This document shows, piece by piece, positions 1 to 10,261 of a DNA stretch of 64,000 nucleotides. Position 1 is the stretch's first letter; the number at the start of each line of letters is the position of its first letter. This stretch comes from a virus. The translations under genes were made by a program, and so were the position numbers. The notes beneath the pieces were generated by a model, which was not told the DNA's origin, did not search any database, and saw nothing but the letters and a program-made list of their open reading frames with translations. Where the stretch lies: IMG/VR virus record IMGVR_UViG_3300042534_000747; one strand, given 5' to 3'.

Positions 1-58
1 TATCATAATTATTCTATTTTTCAGTTAAATTTAAATAATATTAGTTACATCATTTGAC

Positions 59-310
59 TTGTTAAATTCAGGTTGTGATTTAATTAATAAAACGTTATTT
101 ATTGTGACAATACCAGTGGGAACAATTGTTTATTCAACAGACCCTAAAAACGAAATATGTAAAGCTAAAAGAACAACTAGGCTAAACATTAGAGAATTTG
201 AAAAAAATGAAGGTATTTTAAAGTGGAGAGGTTCACAAAAATACTATCGTTGGACAAAAATTACTGAAAATATAATTAATTTTAATCCTGTTTTAAAAAA
301 TTATATTTGA
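59..310 (+). CDS. hypothetical protein
   Basis: 83-aa open frame, TTG start, no motif recognised. Confidence 0.45.
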   Translation: MLNSGCDLINKTLFIVTIPVGTIVYSTDPKNEICKAKRTTRLNIREFEKNEGILKWRGSQKYYRWTKITENIINFNPVLKNYI

Positions 311-747
311 ATGATTTCTTCAGGTATCATTCCATGATACTTTTTTCCTTTTAACATTTCTGCTCTTTTTTCATCAAATGTTGTAAATGGTATTTCAATA
401 TCCTTTCTCATTAGTAAATTACAAAATTCTTCATCACATGATTCAGGATACACTCTTTTATTAGGCACAGAATGATATTTATTAAATAATTCTTTAAAAC
501 TACATTGTTCAGTTTTTGGAATTACTGATATTTCATTGATTATGTAATCTTCTTTCATGTAAGTGCTATATTTATAATAGCAAGAATACATTTTTCCATT
601 ATAAATGAATGCATGGAAAGTATCTCTATCACAATTATACCCATAAATCAATGTCCTATTTGATTTATCTAATAATTCATCAATTGAAATTGAACTATTA
701 GTTTTTTCTTCATATATTTTTGAAAATGATTCTTTTGTAAGAAACAT
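301..747 (-). CDS. hypothetical protein
   Basis: ORF; ATG 747 follows AGGTGA SD and promoter cassette (track start 756 lies in the SD). Confidence 0.75.
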   Translation of the reverse strand: MFLTKESFSKIYEEKTNSSISIDELLDKSNRTLIYGYNCDRDTFHAFIYNGKMYSCYYKYSTYMKEDYIINEISVIPKTEQCSFKELFNKYHSVPNKRVYPESCDEEFCNLLMRKDIEIPFTTFDEKRAEMLKGKKYHGMIPEEIIQI

Positions 748-752
748 ATATT

Positions 753-795
753 TCACCTACAAGCTGATAGTAGGGTGTTATTATATTTAAATGTT
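753..795 (-). promoter_or_regulatory. promoter/palindrome/SD cassette
   Basis: minus strand AAACATTTAAATAT ... ACACCCTA ... TTGTAGGTGA. Confidence 0.7.
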
Positions 796-871
796 TGTTA
801 AATTATGATATGTTAAATTTTAAATATGTTTAAATACTATGATGGTTATAGTTTGTATTTGTAGGTGAAAA

Positions 872-1849
872 ATGTTTGAATATACTAATATTTTAAAAAA
901 TCACTTAAAAAGTATAACTACTAATTTAGAGCCATATATCTCTTCAATTTTATTTTCAGGAATGTTGCAGGAAATGAATAAAATTGATAATGATGTTATT
1001 AAGGTTAGTAATACTCAACCTGATAATATTAATCAACATTATATGTTAATGAAAATGAATTCTATGGGAAATGGTGACAAATCTGATAAATTGATTAATG
1101 ATGAAATTAGATTGAATAAGACTTTTTTCTTGAAAACAATAAACACTTCTGCTTTTATAGGTGAAATTATTTCATTTGATAAATTACTAGATAATGTAAT
1201 CAATGATACACTAAATAAAACAAATATTGATGATTTTAGAATGCCTTATAAATCATTATTTATAAATAAGGTTTTTAAAATTGGCAAATATAATGTATTT
1301 GGTGTTGCAGTTAATGAATTGGATGAAAAAACTGTATTTGCAAGTGCTTTTATTATGGATGAAAAATATGAAGATTTTGATACAGTAATGGGTAATTTAT
1401 TGTATGAAAAGAAAATAGATGATAATTTTTATCATAATTATAGTGAAGTTAATGAAAAAATCAATGTTGAAAAAGAAAATATTATAATGGAATTAAGGAA
1501 TTACATTTTGAATTGTATCCACTTGCTGAACAACCCTGAACCTGATATTGTAAAAGTCTCAGGAATCGCTTCTAAGAAGAAAAGACGTGTTAAGGGTGGT
1601 AAGACTAGGGATGTAAGCAAGTTGGAACGTTCTGTGACAACTGTGAAGGTCACTGGTGAGCTACGAAGGTATGTAAGCAAATACAATAGCATTAGGAATA
1701 AAAGAGATTTTCAAAAATCATTTATTGTTAGAGGTCATTGGAGACATTTATCAAATAAAAGATTCAAAGAAGAAAAGTCTATATGGATAAAACCATATAT
1801 AAAAGGAAGTGAAGGTGAATTAATTCATAAATTTATAAATGTTAAATGA
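872..1849 (+). CDS. conserved phage protein with C-terminal VRGHWR...IWIKPY motif
   Basis: 325 aa; GGTGA SD; RGHWR motif typical of uncharacterised phage proteins. Confidence 0.7.
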   Translation: MFEYTNILKNHLKSITTNLEPYISSILFSGMLQEMNKIDNDVIKVSNTQPDNINQHYMLMKMNSMGNGDKSDKLINDEIRLNKTFFLKTINTSAFIGEIISFDKLLDNVINDTLNKTNIDDFRMPYKSLFINKVFKIGKYNVFGVAVNELDEKTVFASAFIMDEKYEDFDTVMGNLLYEKKIDDNFYHNYSEVNEKINVEKENIIMELRNYILNCIHLLNNPEPDIVKVSGIASKKKRRVKGGKTRDVSKLERSVTTVKVTGELRRYVSKYNSIRNKRDFQKSFIVRGHWRHLSNKRFKEEKSIWIKPYIKGSEGELIHKFINVK

Positions 1850-1857
1850 AAAAAGGT

Positions 1858-2202
1858 TTAGAATTTTACACTCCAAACCTTTCCTTCCCATTCTCTTATT
1901 GCTTTCTTCTTTTCAAATTCTATTTTTCTATGAACTTTTTGTAGTCTATAACCACATTTATCAATGAAATCAAGTATTAAATCTTTTTCATATGGCGATA
2001 TCAATTCACCAATTTCAAATTTTACAATACCATCATTGCAAAATCCGTTCAAAACAAGTAAATTATATTCTTTAAAGCATGATGGTGCATTAGATATATA
2101 TTCATCAGGTAAATTGAATTGATTCATCATTTTGACATTTGTAATTTCATACCATTTTCCACTATTTACTATTTTATTTTTGAATACTATTTTCATTACC
2201 AT
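1858..2202 (-). CDS. hypothetical protein
   Basis: 114-aa ORF. Confidence 0.65.
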   Translation of the reverse strand: MVMKIVFKNKIVNSGKWYEITNVKMMNQFNLPDEYISNAPSCFKEYNLLVLNGFCNDGIVKFEIGELISPYEKDLILDFIDKCGYRLQKVHRKIEFEKKKAIREWEGKVWSVKF

Positions 2203-2251
2203 TTTATATCAATCCTGTAATGTAACTAATGGTTGTTCTCATATAAAAGAA

Positions 2252-2905
2252 TTATGCAAAAACAGAACTCAATCTTTTATTTATACGTTTTTGCCTATAA
2301 TCTGTATCATAACATGTTTTGCACATTTGTTTAGCTGCATGTGGCTTTTCTTCATTACATATTATGCAAGTGATTATTTTGTTATTGTAATATTTTTGAT
2401 AGCAAGATGAACACATTTGTTTAGCTGCATGTAGTTTTTCTTTATTGCATATAGAGCATGTTATAATCATTTGTTTACTTTTATTATAACATGTCTTGCA
2501 CATACCTTCTTTGTAAACAGACATAAATACATTAGAACATTTTTTACAATATTTTGATTTTTTATATATAATTACTTGTTTTTCAACTATGATGCTTAAA
2601 TCATCTTCATCTCTAATCACATATTCTTTTTCAATTAAAAATTCTTTAATTTCTGCAAGTAATTTAATACCATTTAATTTGTTAGATTCATAATCAGAAT
2701 CTTTTTTTAATTGATAAGTTATTTTGATTTCTTTTAGTGTTTTAAAACTTTTTGTTCTATTCTTTAAAATTGAAAAACCATTAGGTGTATATTCTTTAAA
2801 ATCTGTTTCTTCATTATACTGTTTTTTAGAAATTGGAAACTTCTTAATTAATAAAGCTCTAATACTTTGAACAGTTGTCGTTTTTTCTATTATCATGAAG
2901 TGCAA
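2252..2905 (-). CDS. protein with tandem CxxC-H-CxxC zinc-finger repeats
   Basis: CSICNKEKLHAAKQMCSSCY / CIICNEEKPHAAKQMCKTCY. Confidence 0.7.
   Translation of the reverse strand: MHFMIIEKTTTVQSIRALLIKKFPISKKQYNEETDFKEYTPNGFSILKNRTKSFKTLKEIKITYQLKKDSDYESNKLNGIKLLAEIKEFLIEKEYVIRDEDDLSIIVEKQVIIYKKSKYCKKCSNVFMSVYKEGMCKTCYNKSKQMIITCSICNKEKLHAAKQMCSSCYQKYYNNKIITCIICNEEKPHAAKQMCKTCYDTDYRQKRINKRLSSVFA
2323..2432. repeat. 90-bp-period coding duplication
   Basis: ACATTTGTTTAGCTGCATGT at 2323 and 2413. Confidence 0.85.
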
Positions 2906-2985
2906 TGAATGGTTCTCATTGTATTTAAAATGATAGTATGATTTGTAATTAATAAGTTTAAAAAAGAGATATTTTTAAATAATAC

Positions 2986-3591
2986 TTAGATAGAATATTT
3001 ATCTAAATTATTATCTATTTCATTAATTTTTTCTAAAATTCTTTCATGGAATTCTCTTTCTTCAGGAATCCTTTTGTCAATTTGGTCAAGTATTTTGTCA
3101 ATTTGCTCAATTGAATCTGAAATTATCCATGAAATTACTTTACCACATGCATTTTTTCTATCTGTTTTTAAATCATCATTTGAGCTATTGTTTAATTTTA
3201 TATTGAATAGAGCAATTGAATCTTTAATAATTTCATCATATTTGAAAGTTGAAATGAATGAATAAATACCATTATTTAAAACATTGGTTACTTTATTTTT
3301 TCTGTTTATGTGAAATTTGACTTCTTTTGTAATTATAATGTTGAAATCAATGTTCCTGTAATTAAATTCAATATCTGAAACTTCAATTATAGCAGTATAA
3401 TTACATGCTTTTTTAGTTAATCCTGTATTTTCAGCATTGAGTACTAAGAATGGAATAGTTGAATCTTTATTTTCAAACCTATCAATGATTTTTCTATTGA
3501 TAACTACATCAGGCATTATTTTTACTTGCAAATAATCCCCTATTTTTTGATAATTAAAAGTATGTGGATTTTCTATAATAATTTTTTCCAT
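2986..3591 (-). CDS. hypothetical protein
   Basis: 201-aa ORF. Confidence 0.7.
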   Translation of the reverse strand: MEKIIIENPHTFNYQKIGDYLQVKIMPDVVINRKIIDRFENKDSTIPFLVLNAENTGLTKKACNYTAIIEVSDIEFNYRNIDFNIIITKEVKFHINRKNKVTNVLNNGIYSFISTFKYDEIIKDSIALFNIKLNNSSNDDLKTDRKNACGKVISWIISDSIEQIDKILDQIDKRIPEEREFHERILEKINEIDNNLDKYSI

Positions 3592-3717
3592 GTTCTCACA
3601 TCTAATGTAATAGATGTACGTTATGTTATTTAAGGTTATTTTTATTTAACAAATTTGATAAAGCATATTTTTAGATATATTTATATATGATTAATACAAT
3701 GTATTATTTAGATTATT

Positions 3718-4020
3718 ATGGCTTATGAAAAGAAACCTTATCAGGACTATAAAGTTGGAGATAGAGTAAAGCTTAGGCATATTGAATATGAAGTTGCTTT
3801 GAAGGTTACTAGGTCACGTTTTAGTCCTAGTGCAAATAAAACCTTCAAGAGCAAATTGCTTTACCTGAGAGCTTTAAATGCAGGTGAAAATAGAGTTGCT
3901 CGTTTGAGTACTACTAATTCTATTAGTTTTGAATGGAAAAATGGAAGTTGGTATAACAATCAAAGAGTTTATGAAACATGGAGTGAAAAAGATATTGAAA
4001 GAATATTAAATAAGGAATGA
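3718..4020 (+). CDS. hypothetical basic protein
   Basis: 100-aa ORF behind TTTATATA box. Confidence 0.7.
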   Translation: MAYEKKPYQDYKVGDRVKLRHIEYEVALKVTRSRFSPSANKTFKSKLLYLRALNAGENRVARLSTTNSISFEWKNGSWYNNQRVYETWSEKDIERILNKE

Positions 4021-4383
4021 TTAAAACCCAAAATAAACATGATATTTATAATATCCACTTTTATCAATTCTCTTTTTTGGGATTATTTTATTTTCTATTA
4101 AATAATCCATTTCTTTTTTATTAATACCAAATACTAGATTTGAAGTTTCTAAATATGTATCATAATATTTTGTTAAGCTAAATGAAAAAACAATACCAAA
4201 TATTGTCATAAATGTATATATTAATTGTTTATCTTCAATAAGTAATAAACTTATAATACTTAACATAATAAGAAATATACTTCTTAAAAACAAACGTAAA
4301 TACATAACTTCTTTATTATAATTTTTTATTAATTTAAATTGCATTTCATTTAAATGTATTATTTTATCTTCTGTTTCATTCAT
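4021..4383 (-). CDS. small membrane protein
   Basis: two hydrophobic segments. Confidence 0.65.
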   Translation of the reverse strand: MNETEDKIIHLNEMQFKLIKNYNKEVMYLRLFLRSIFLIMLSIISLLLIEDKQLIYTFMTIFGIVFSFSLTKYYDTYLETSNLVFGINKKEMDYLIENKIIPKKRIDKSGYYKYHVYFGF

Positions 4384-4426
4384 TATTTGAAATCTCCAAA
4401 AAAAAGAAAATAATATTTATTAAATA

Positions 4427-4894
4427 TTACTTTTTTGTTTTAATTTTACTTGCTAAATCAGGTGATAAATCACCAAATCCTTCAAATGATTCATATGGCA
4501 TATAACAATAGTATCTAGTGTATTTTATTTGAACATCTGAACTAAGTCTATTGATAGATTGACCATAACTATAAACCTTGTCTGTTTTAGGGTCTACGAA
4601 AACGGTTTGTCCTTCATTTACTTTATAGTAAAGGAAATAATAACCTACCTTTGCCTGTGGATTATAGAATTTAACCATACCCATTTTCATATCTTCATTA
4701 TTTGCATCTATCATCATTCTACGTGCTAATGTTGAAGATAAAGTTCCTTCCTCATGATTCCAATTAACATCATTTGATTTTAGGAATTTATTCAACTGTT
4801 CCATCTTTGCATTATCTGTATTTACAGCACTACCTAAGCCTGTAAATAACATTATACTTACAATCAAAGCCACGATTATTATTTTAGTTTTCAT
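4427..4894 (-). CDS. secreted protein, possibly inactive transglutaminase-like fold
   Basis: signal peptide MKTKIIIVALIV; FL..D..SSTLA...GYYF...VDPKTD resembles methanogen TGase-like proteins but lacks catalytic Cys/His. Confidence 0.45.
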   Translation of the reverse strand: MKTKIIIVALIVSIMLFTGLGSAVNTDNAKMEQLNKFLKSNDVNWNHEEGTLSSTLARRMMIDANNEDMKMGMVKFYNPQAKVGYYFLYYKVNEGQTVFVDPKTDKVYSYGQSINRLSSDVQIKYTRYYCYMPYESFEGFGDLSPDLASKIKTKK

Positions 4895-6164
4895 TTACAT
4901 TACTCTTCAAATTTTCTTTTTTTGATTTTTTATTATAATTACTATCCATTGTGACTATTTTTTCATTTTTACTTCTAGTCATCCACCCACTATGATACAT
5001 GGTAAAAAATCCATATATTCTAATGGGAGTCATGATAAATGTCATGAATAGTATATATAAAGGCAAATATTTTATATCTCTTTTATTATATAAAAGATGT
5101 GGATATTGTCTTAAACCTAAACTTATATTCATACCTACTAAACCCATAGGGATACCAATTATCAATGGTATATTGAAGTATGATTGACTAAATATGTAGT
5201 CATATAGTGTATTTAAGATAACAACTGCAAAGAATAATGGTGTTATCATATCAGTTAAGAATACAAACATTGTAAAGGGTCTTTTCCAAATCCAATTCAA
5301 TGATAGTATTGTCTCTCTTTGACTGCTTCTAGCCCATCTTAATTGCTGTTTTATGAATTTATTCCACTTAGAAGGACAATCAGTATAAACAACTGAAGAT
5401 GTTTGTAGTACTGTATCATATCCCATTTTTAAAGCATATGAAGTTAGTACTCTATCATCACCAGATTCACATTTAAACCCTAAGAATGTTTGAGTTAAGA
5501 AATGGTCTGTATTTTTTGTAAATACATCTTTTCTAAATGCAATAGCTCTACCTACTAAACATCCAATAGACCCCCATGCACTTTGTGCAGGCATTGTTAA
5601 TGTAAATCTAACATCTTCCATCCATTGACAGAACTTAGATATTAAATTTCTATCAGGATAGATAATATGCTGACGTGTTAGAACACCACCAACTTTAGAA
5701 TTTTCAAAAGGCATCATCATATTTTTAATTGCATTTTCAGTAAAGATAGTGTCACTATCAACTGAAATTATAACATCACCAATTGATTTTTCAACACCAT
5801 AAATAAGATTACTACGCTTTCCTGCTTTATCACAGTTGTAAACCTTATCAGTGTATTTACTTGCAATATCAAATAAAATATTACCTTCTTGTTTAACATC
5901 TATAACTACAATAATTTCATCTGGATTATTAGATTTAATTGAATTTAACGATTGTTCAAATATATCAATATCTTCATTATAAACAGGTATTATTACACTA
6001 TTTGTAATTTTAAAATTTTCATCTTTCAAAGTATATTGAGTATATTTTTTAGAATAATAGTATTTTATAAAAAATACCATTAAAACATAAATCGAAAAAA
6101 CTTCAAACAGAAAAACATGTCCTGTTTTTAAAGTTTCAATTAATTGTATTATAAAGTATATCAT
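4884..6164 (-). CDS. processive GT2 glycosyltransferase (hyaluronan/chitin synthase-like)
   Basis: IIPVYNE, VDSD, GDDRVLT, QQLRW (QxxRW), C-terminal TM helices. Confidence 0.85.
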   Translation of the reverse strand: MIYFIIQLIETLKTGHVFLFEVFSIYVLMVFFIKYYYSKKYTQYTLKDENFKITNSVIIPVYNEDIDIFEQSLNSIKSNNPDEIIVVIDVKQEGNILFDIASKYTDKVYNCDKAGKRSNLIYGVEKSIGDVIISVDSDTIFTENAIKNMMMPFENSKVGGVLTRQHIIYPDRNLISKFCQWMEDVRFTLTMPAQSAWGSIGCLVGRAIAFRKDVFTKNTDHFLTQTFLGFKCESGDDRVLTSYALKMGYDTVLQTSSVVYTDCPSKWNKFIKQQLRWARSSQRETILSLNWIWKRPFTMFVFLTDMITPLFFAVVILNTLYDYIFSQSYFNIPLIIGIPMGLVGMNISLGLRQYPHLLYNKRDIKYLPLYILFMTFIMTPIRIYGFFTMYHSGWMTRSKNEKIVTMDSNYNKKSKKENLKSNVNEN

Positions 6165-6356
6165 AATTTGTTTCCTTTGTTTCTTTTATTTTTTCACATT
6201 ATCAATAAATATCAATATGTGCAATTTGGCACATGTCACTACATGGCATTCATGGTATATAAATGTATTTGAAAATTTAAAATTATAATGTAGAGATTTG
6301 AGATATCTTTATATAATTGGCAGTTTATAAAATAGGTTAATTGGAATGTGATTTAA

Positions 6357-6665
6357 ATGGAAGAGTTTAAAATTCAAGTTGAGCAGACAATGTTTAAGGG
6401 CAATTGTCCTGAATGTAAGAAAGAAGAAATTGATAAATATCCTTTCAATGTAGATATATTATGCAATGATTGTGCTGTAAAAGATTATGAAAAAAGAAAA
6501 AATAAAGAAAGAATTGAAAATGAAAAATTATCAAAGAATATTTATAATGGAAAAATAACAAATATTAGCTTTGTTGATTCTAAACTTAATGATTTATTTA
6601 TTAAGGGTGAAGATGGCACTTGTTATAAAGTGGATGTTTATAGATTTGGAATTAAAATTATTTAA
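6357..6665 (+). CDS. zinc-ribbon protein
   Basis: CPEC...CNDC. Confidence 0.6.
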   Translation: MEEFKIQVEQTMFKGNCPECKKEEIDKYPFNVDILCNDCAVKDYEKRKNKERIENEKLSKNIYNGKITNISFVDSKLNDLFIKGEDGTCYKVDVYRFGIKII

Positions 6666-7017
6666 ATAATTGGCAATTGCCAGTTATTTTGTCTATCTCT
6701 GCATCAATCATTGGGAAAAAGCCTATTGCAGTGGTTGTATTTGGCTCTAATTCTGTCCTTCCTGCATCTTTTACAATGAAGTAAGGTATTCCTGCATCTA
6801 TAGCTCTTTTTTCCATCTTAGTGATTGTTTTGAGTGTTCCTGAAAGGACTACCTTCTTTTGTTGTAATCCTTCATCAAACCATTTTTCAATTTCTTCTTT
6901 TCTATCAAGATTGTTATAAATCACGCTAAATGATGCATGTGCCACTTGCACGGAAAGTTTAGCAGGTGACATATTTAAATCATTTCTTGCAATTATTACT
7001 TGTTTCATTTCCCACAT
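6658..7017 (-). CDS. pth2: peptidyl-tRNA hydrolase 2
   Basis: KQVIIAR.DL.MS.AKL.VQVAHAS, QKKVVL, DAGRTEL.P...TAIG. Confidence 0.92.
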   Translation of the reverse strand: MWEMKQVIIARNDLNMSPAKLSVQVAHASFSVIYNNLDRKEEIEKWFDEGLQQKKVVLSGTLKTITKMEKRAIDAGIPYFIVKDAGRTELEPNTTTAIGFFPMIDAEIDKITGNCQLFK

Positions 7018-7019
7018 GG

Positions 7020-7628
7020 TTAATCACTTTTTGATACATTTATAAAATTCCATTTTAATCCTTCTATATTTAATGTAGTTTCATTTAAATCTATATTTGA
7101 AGGCACTACAAACATAATCCATCCTTCTTTTACTGTATTTGGATATTGTTCGCCATAATCTCTAAATTGTGGATTATATTTAGATGCAGATGCATAAAAT
7201 TGATACACTGGACTAGATGGTGAAACACTTGGCTCTATTTCTATTTTATTACCCTTGTATAAAATATATGGTGTATCACTTCCACTTTTTGTCATTAATG
7301 TATATGAATTTGTTATGATAGTATCATCAGAAGATTTATAGTCTCCAATATATTTTGCTGTAATATGTATCATTAGTAATTTAGAATTTTCTGTTGGATA
7401 AAATGTTTCATAATTGTCTTTCTTTAATTTGCCTAATAAATACCATTCATTCCATGTATTAAACTCATTAATTGTTTCATATTTATCAAATGATATTTGC
7501 ATATCATTATTTGAAATACCTGTTTCACCAACATTTAATGATGATGTTTGAACATCAATACATCCTAAAGATAATAATGTAATTAAACATATTATTAATA
7601 TTTTTTTCATTGTTTCCATTTTAATCAA
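7020..7628 (-). CDS. lipoprotein, DUF4352-like
   Basis: LSLGC lipobox-like motif; QYPNTVKEGWIMFVVP. Confidence 0.6.
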   Translation of the reverse strand: MIKMETMKKILIICLITLLSLGCIDVQTSSLNVGETGISNNDMQISFDKYETINEFNTWNEWYLLGKLKKDNYETFYPTENSKLLMIHITAKYIGDYKSSDDTIITNSYTLMTKSGSDTPYILYKGNKIEIEPSVSPSSPVYQFYASASKYNPQFRDYGEQYPNTVKEGWIMFVVPSNIDLNETTLNIEGLKWNFINVSKSD

Positions 7629-8110
7629 TTCTCCATTTTTAAATTTATAAATAAATATCTAAGGATTATCCATAATACATTACATATTAATAATATATTA
7701 AAACTGGTTAATATTTTAAGCTGAGTTATATCAAAATTAATTCCAATTAATATTTGAATATATATAATAATAGTAGATAATATAAAAATATAATCTATCA
7801 ATTTAAATTTTATGTTATTGAATCCAATAAAATATATATATATACTTTTAAATTCAATTTCATTATTTATTAATTGTAATTTTATAGAAGTTAAATTTAT
7901 AGAATAAAATATTATTATATTAAAAATAATTGTACTTATTCCTGCTGATAATAAATAACTATTTTGAAAAACAATATTATCATCTGTTATAAGTGTAATA
8001 GAATAAAATCCTACAGATGTTATGAAAAATATTTGAAATATGGATATATAAAATAATTGTATTATACGTGTTTTATTAAATTCTTTAATTAATTCTTTGT
8101 TTTTATCCAT
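7625..8110 (-). CDS. multi-pass membrane protein
   Basis: about four hydrophobic segments. Confidence 0.6.
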   Translation of the reverse strand: MDKNKELIKEFNKTRIIQLFYISIFQIFFITSVGFYSITLITDDNIVFQNSYLLSAGISTIIFNIIIFYSINLTSIKLQLINNEIEFKSIYIYFIGFNNIKFKLIDYIFILSTIIIYIQILIGINFDITQLKILTSFNILLICNVLWIILRYLFINLKMEN

Positions 8111-8120
8111 ATTTCAACCT

Positions 8121-8345
8121 TTATTGTAGTAGGTAGTTAGGGTATTCTTCCCATTTGATTTTTGCATGGTAGTCAAAATTTTTCATTGCTATGTTCAAGT
8201 AGTAACTTGTTTCTTTAATAGAGCCATCATCTAAAACCCATAGGTTGTTTATTCTGGATAGGGTGGGTTTTGCGATTATGCATGGTCTGTACTTGTTTTT
8301 GATGAATAAGCAATGAATTCTATAGTATATTGTGTAGATGTTCAT
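8121..8345 (-). CDS. hypothetical protein
   Basis: 74-aa ORF coupled to upstream stop. Confidence 0.55.
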   Translation of the reverse strand: MNIYTIYYRIHCLFIKNKYRPCIIAKPTLSRINNLWVLDDGSIKETSYYLNIAMKNFDYHAKIKWEEYPNYLLQ

Positions 8346-9049
8346 GATTGTGTTGAGAGATTTTCTATGAATAGCAAGCCATCTTTGTTTATTGAAACTA
8401 ATTCTTTCAATTTCACTTTCTTTTCAGTTTTAATTGAGAGGATGTTTTTTATGATTGGGATTTCACTACATAATTTGACAAATATGTCACTTTCAAATGG
8501 AGTAGTTATGATGTGGTATCCATTTTTTGTTTCAACATATTTTTCTATTTTGAAATTTTTGTAATTAGGTAGATTTTCCATATGAGTTAGTGTTGTCAGG
8601 ATATCATTGATTATTGTTTTATCATCTACATCTATGAGGAAATGAACACCATCATCTTTATTTCTGCAATTATTTGATTCAAGGATTGAATACCACATTC
8701 CATGTATGTTGTTGAGCCTTCTGATTGTGCATTCATCATTATCAAGTTTAAATAGCATTTCTACTAATTCTTTGATGAAATTTTTAAGGGCAACCTTAGT
8801 ATGTCTTGGATTTACTGTTAGATACATATAATAATCATGATTAGTATCTTTAAGAGCATAACTTTTGAGAGAATCGTATGAAGGTTCGATATCTGTATCA
8901 TTTAGGAGCACAAAACGTCTTACTATTTCCTGAGAATGAGTAATATTAGTGTTGTTTTTCTTTCTAGAAATGATTGATAAAATGTAGCATTTATTTTTGC
9001 CAAATTTACACCAATCTTTTATTATGTTAATAGATAATTCTTTAGACAT
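8342..9049 (-). CDS. phage protein, possible AEP/prim-pol fold
   Basis: FLIDVDD (DxD) and ETKNGYH motifs. Confidence 0.45.
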   Translation of the reverse strand: MSKELSINIIKDWCKFGKNKCYILSIISRKKNNTNITHSQEIVRRFVLLNDTDIEPSYDSLKSYALKDTNHDYYMYLTVNPRHTKVALKNFIKELVEMLFKLDNDECTIRRLNNIHGMWYSILESNNCRNKDDGVHFLIDVDDKTIINDILTTLTHMENLPNYKNFKIEKYVETKNGYHIITTPFESDIFVKLCSEIPIIKNILSIKTEKKVKLKELVSINKDGLLFIENLSTQS

Positions 9050-9091
9050 AATATGATAAATGGATGTTATGTTATAAAAAGGTATGCAAAA

Positions 9092-9376
9092 TTAGGAATT
9101 ATATTGTTCAAAATCTTTAGGGTTATATTTGTATTTCTTTTCTCTATTTATGTAAAAGTATATTAAAAATGATAGAAGGCAAATTAATGGTATTAAAACT
9201 TGAATGTTTTCTATTCCAGATACATGTTGTTGTTGTGTACTGGAATTAATAATTAATTTGTAATATATGTTAGATATTTTAGTATTAATTGTTAAAAATA
9301 TAAGTTCATTATTTATTTTTACAAATACAAATGAAACTATTAAATTATAAAACAGTGGCAGGTTAGTTATTTTCAT
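9092..9376 (-). CDS. small membrane protein
   Basis: two hydrophobic segments. Confidence 0.5.
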   Translation of the reverse strand: MKITNLPLFYNLIVSFVFVKINNELIFLTINTKISNIYYKLIINSSTQQQHVSGIENIQVLIPLICLLSFLIYFYINREKKYKYNPKDFEQYNS

Positions 9377-9600
9377 ATTTTCATTTTTAATTTGATATCA
9401 AAAGTAATATATTAATATTAGTATATAAAGTTTTTGTGGTCATGTTTTGTCCATGTGATTGGAGTTTGTTATCAGATATGTTATCAATATAATTGTATAT
9501 TGTTAGTATAAAACAATATACAGTAGGCTTTATTCATAAGTATTATATACTTGTACATTCTATTACAGGTGTCTATAAATTTAAAAATATTATAGAGTAA

Positions 9601-9660
9601 CAATGTTTATAAAATGAGAAATGTAGACGTTTTTAGAATCAATGTTCATAAAATGAGAAA
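9601..9660. repeat. 21-bp imperfect direct repeat
   Basis: CAATGTT(T/C)ATAAAATGAGAAA at 9601 and 9640 in long non-coding gap. Confidence 0.75.
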
Positions 9661-9793
9661 AATATGAACATGATTCTATAACTTTGGTTGATTTGTGTAT
9701 AATATGGGAAGTAGAATACACAAATCAATATATGTTAATATTGTTATTTAAGTTTTGTTATATTATTAGTATAATTGCACAGTTGTATATTTT

Positions 9794-10189
9794 TTACATA
9801 GGTGAATTATAATCTTTTAATATGTTATTAATATTGTTATCAATTTTGATTTGCATTTCATTATAGTAATTAAATACTAATTTTTTAATATCTTCATTAG
9901 CATAATATGCTTCTACAATATTAATTGGGATTGAAAGCTCATAAACATTTAGTTCTTTTGTTTTAATTTCTTTTTCTATAATGGTTAAAATTATATTTGC
10001 ATTTTCATAACCAATATCAATTGAAATGATGTCAATTTCATCTTCAAAAATAACAGGATATAGTTTTAGGTCTTTCTTTGATAAAATTTTGTTAATATCA
10101 TCTATTAGTTTGATGAAGGTAACTTCAAGTTCTTTTTGATTAAAGATTGTTTCTTTTATATTTTTTTCAAATGACATAATAAGCACCAA
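9794..10189 (-). CDS. hypothetical protein
   Basis: 131-aa ORF. Confidence 0.65.
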   Translation of the reverse strand: MVLIMSFEKNIKETIFNQKELEVTFIKLIDDINKILSKKDLKLYPVIFEDEIDIISIDIGYENANIILTIIEKEIKTKELNVYELSIPINIVEAYYANEDIKKLVFNYYNEMQIKIDNNINNILKDYNSPM

Positions 10190-10261
10190 TGCAATAGATG
10201 TTCCTCAAACTATAAAACATTATGCTTATTTACGAAATTTAATAAATAAAAAAGAAAGAAG

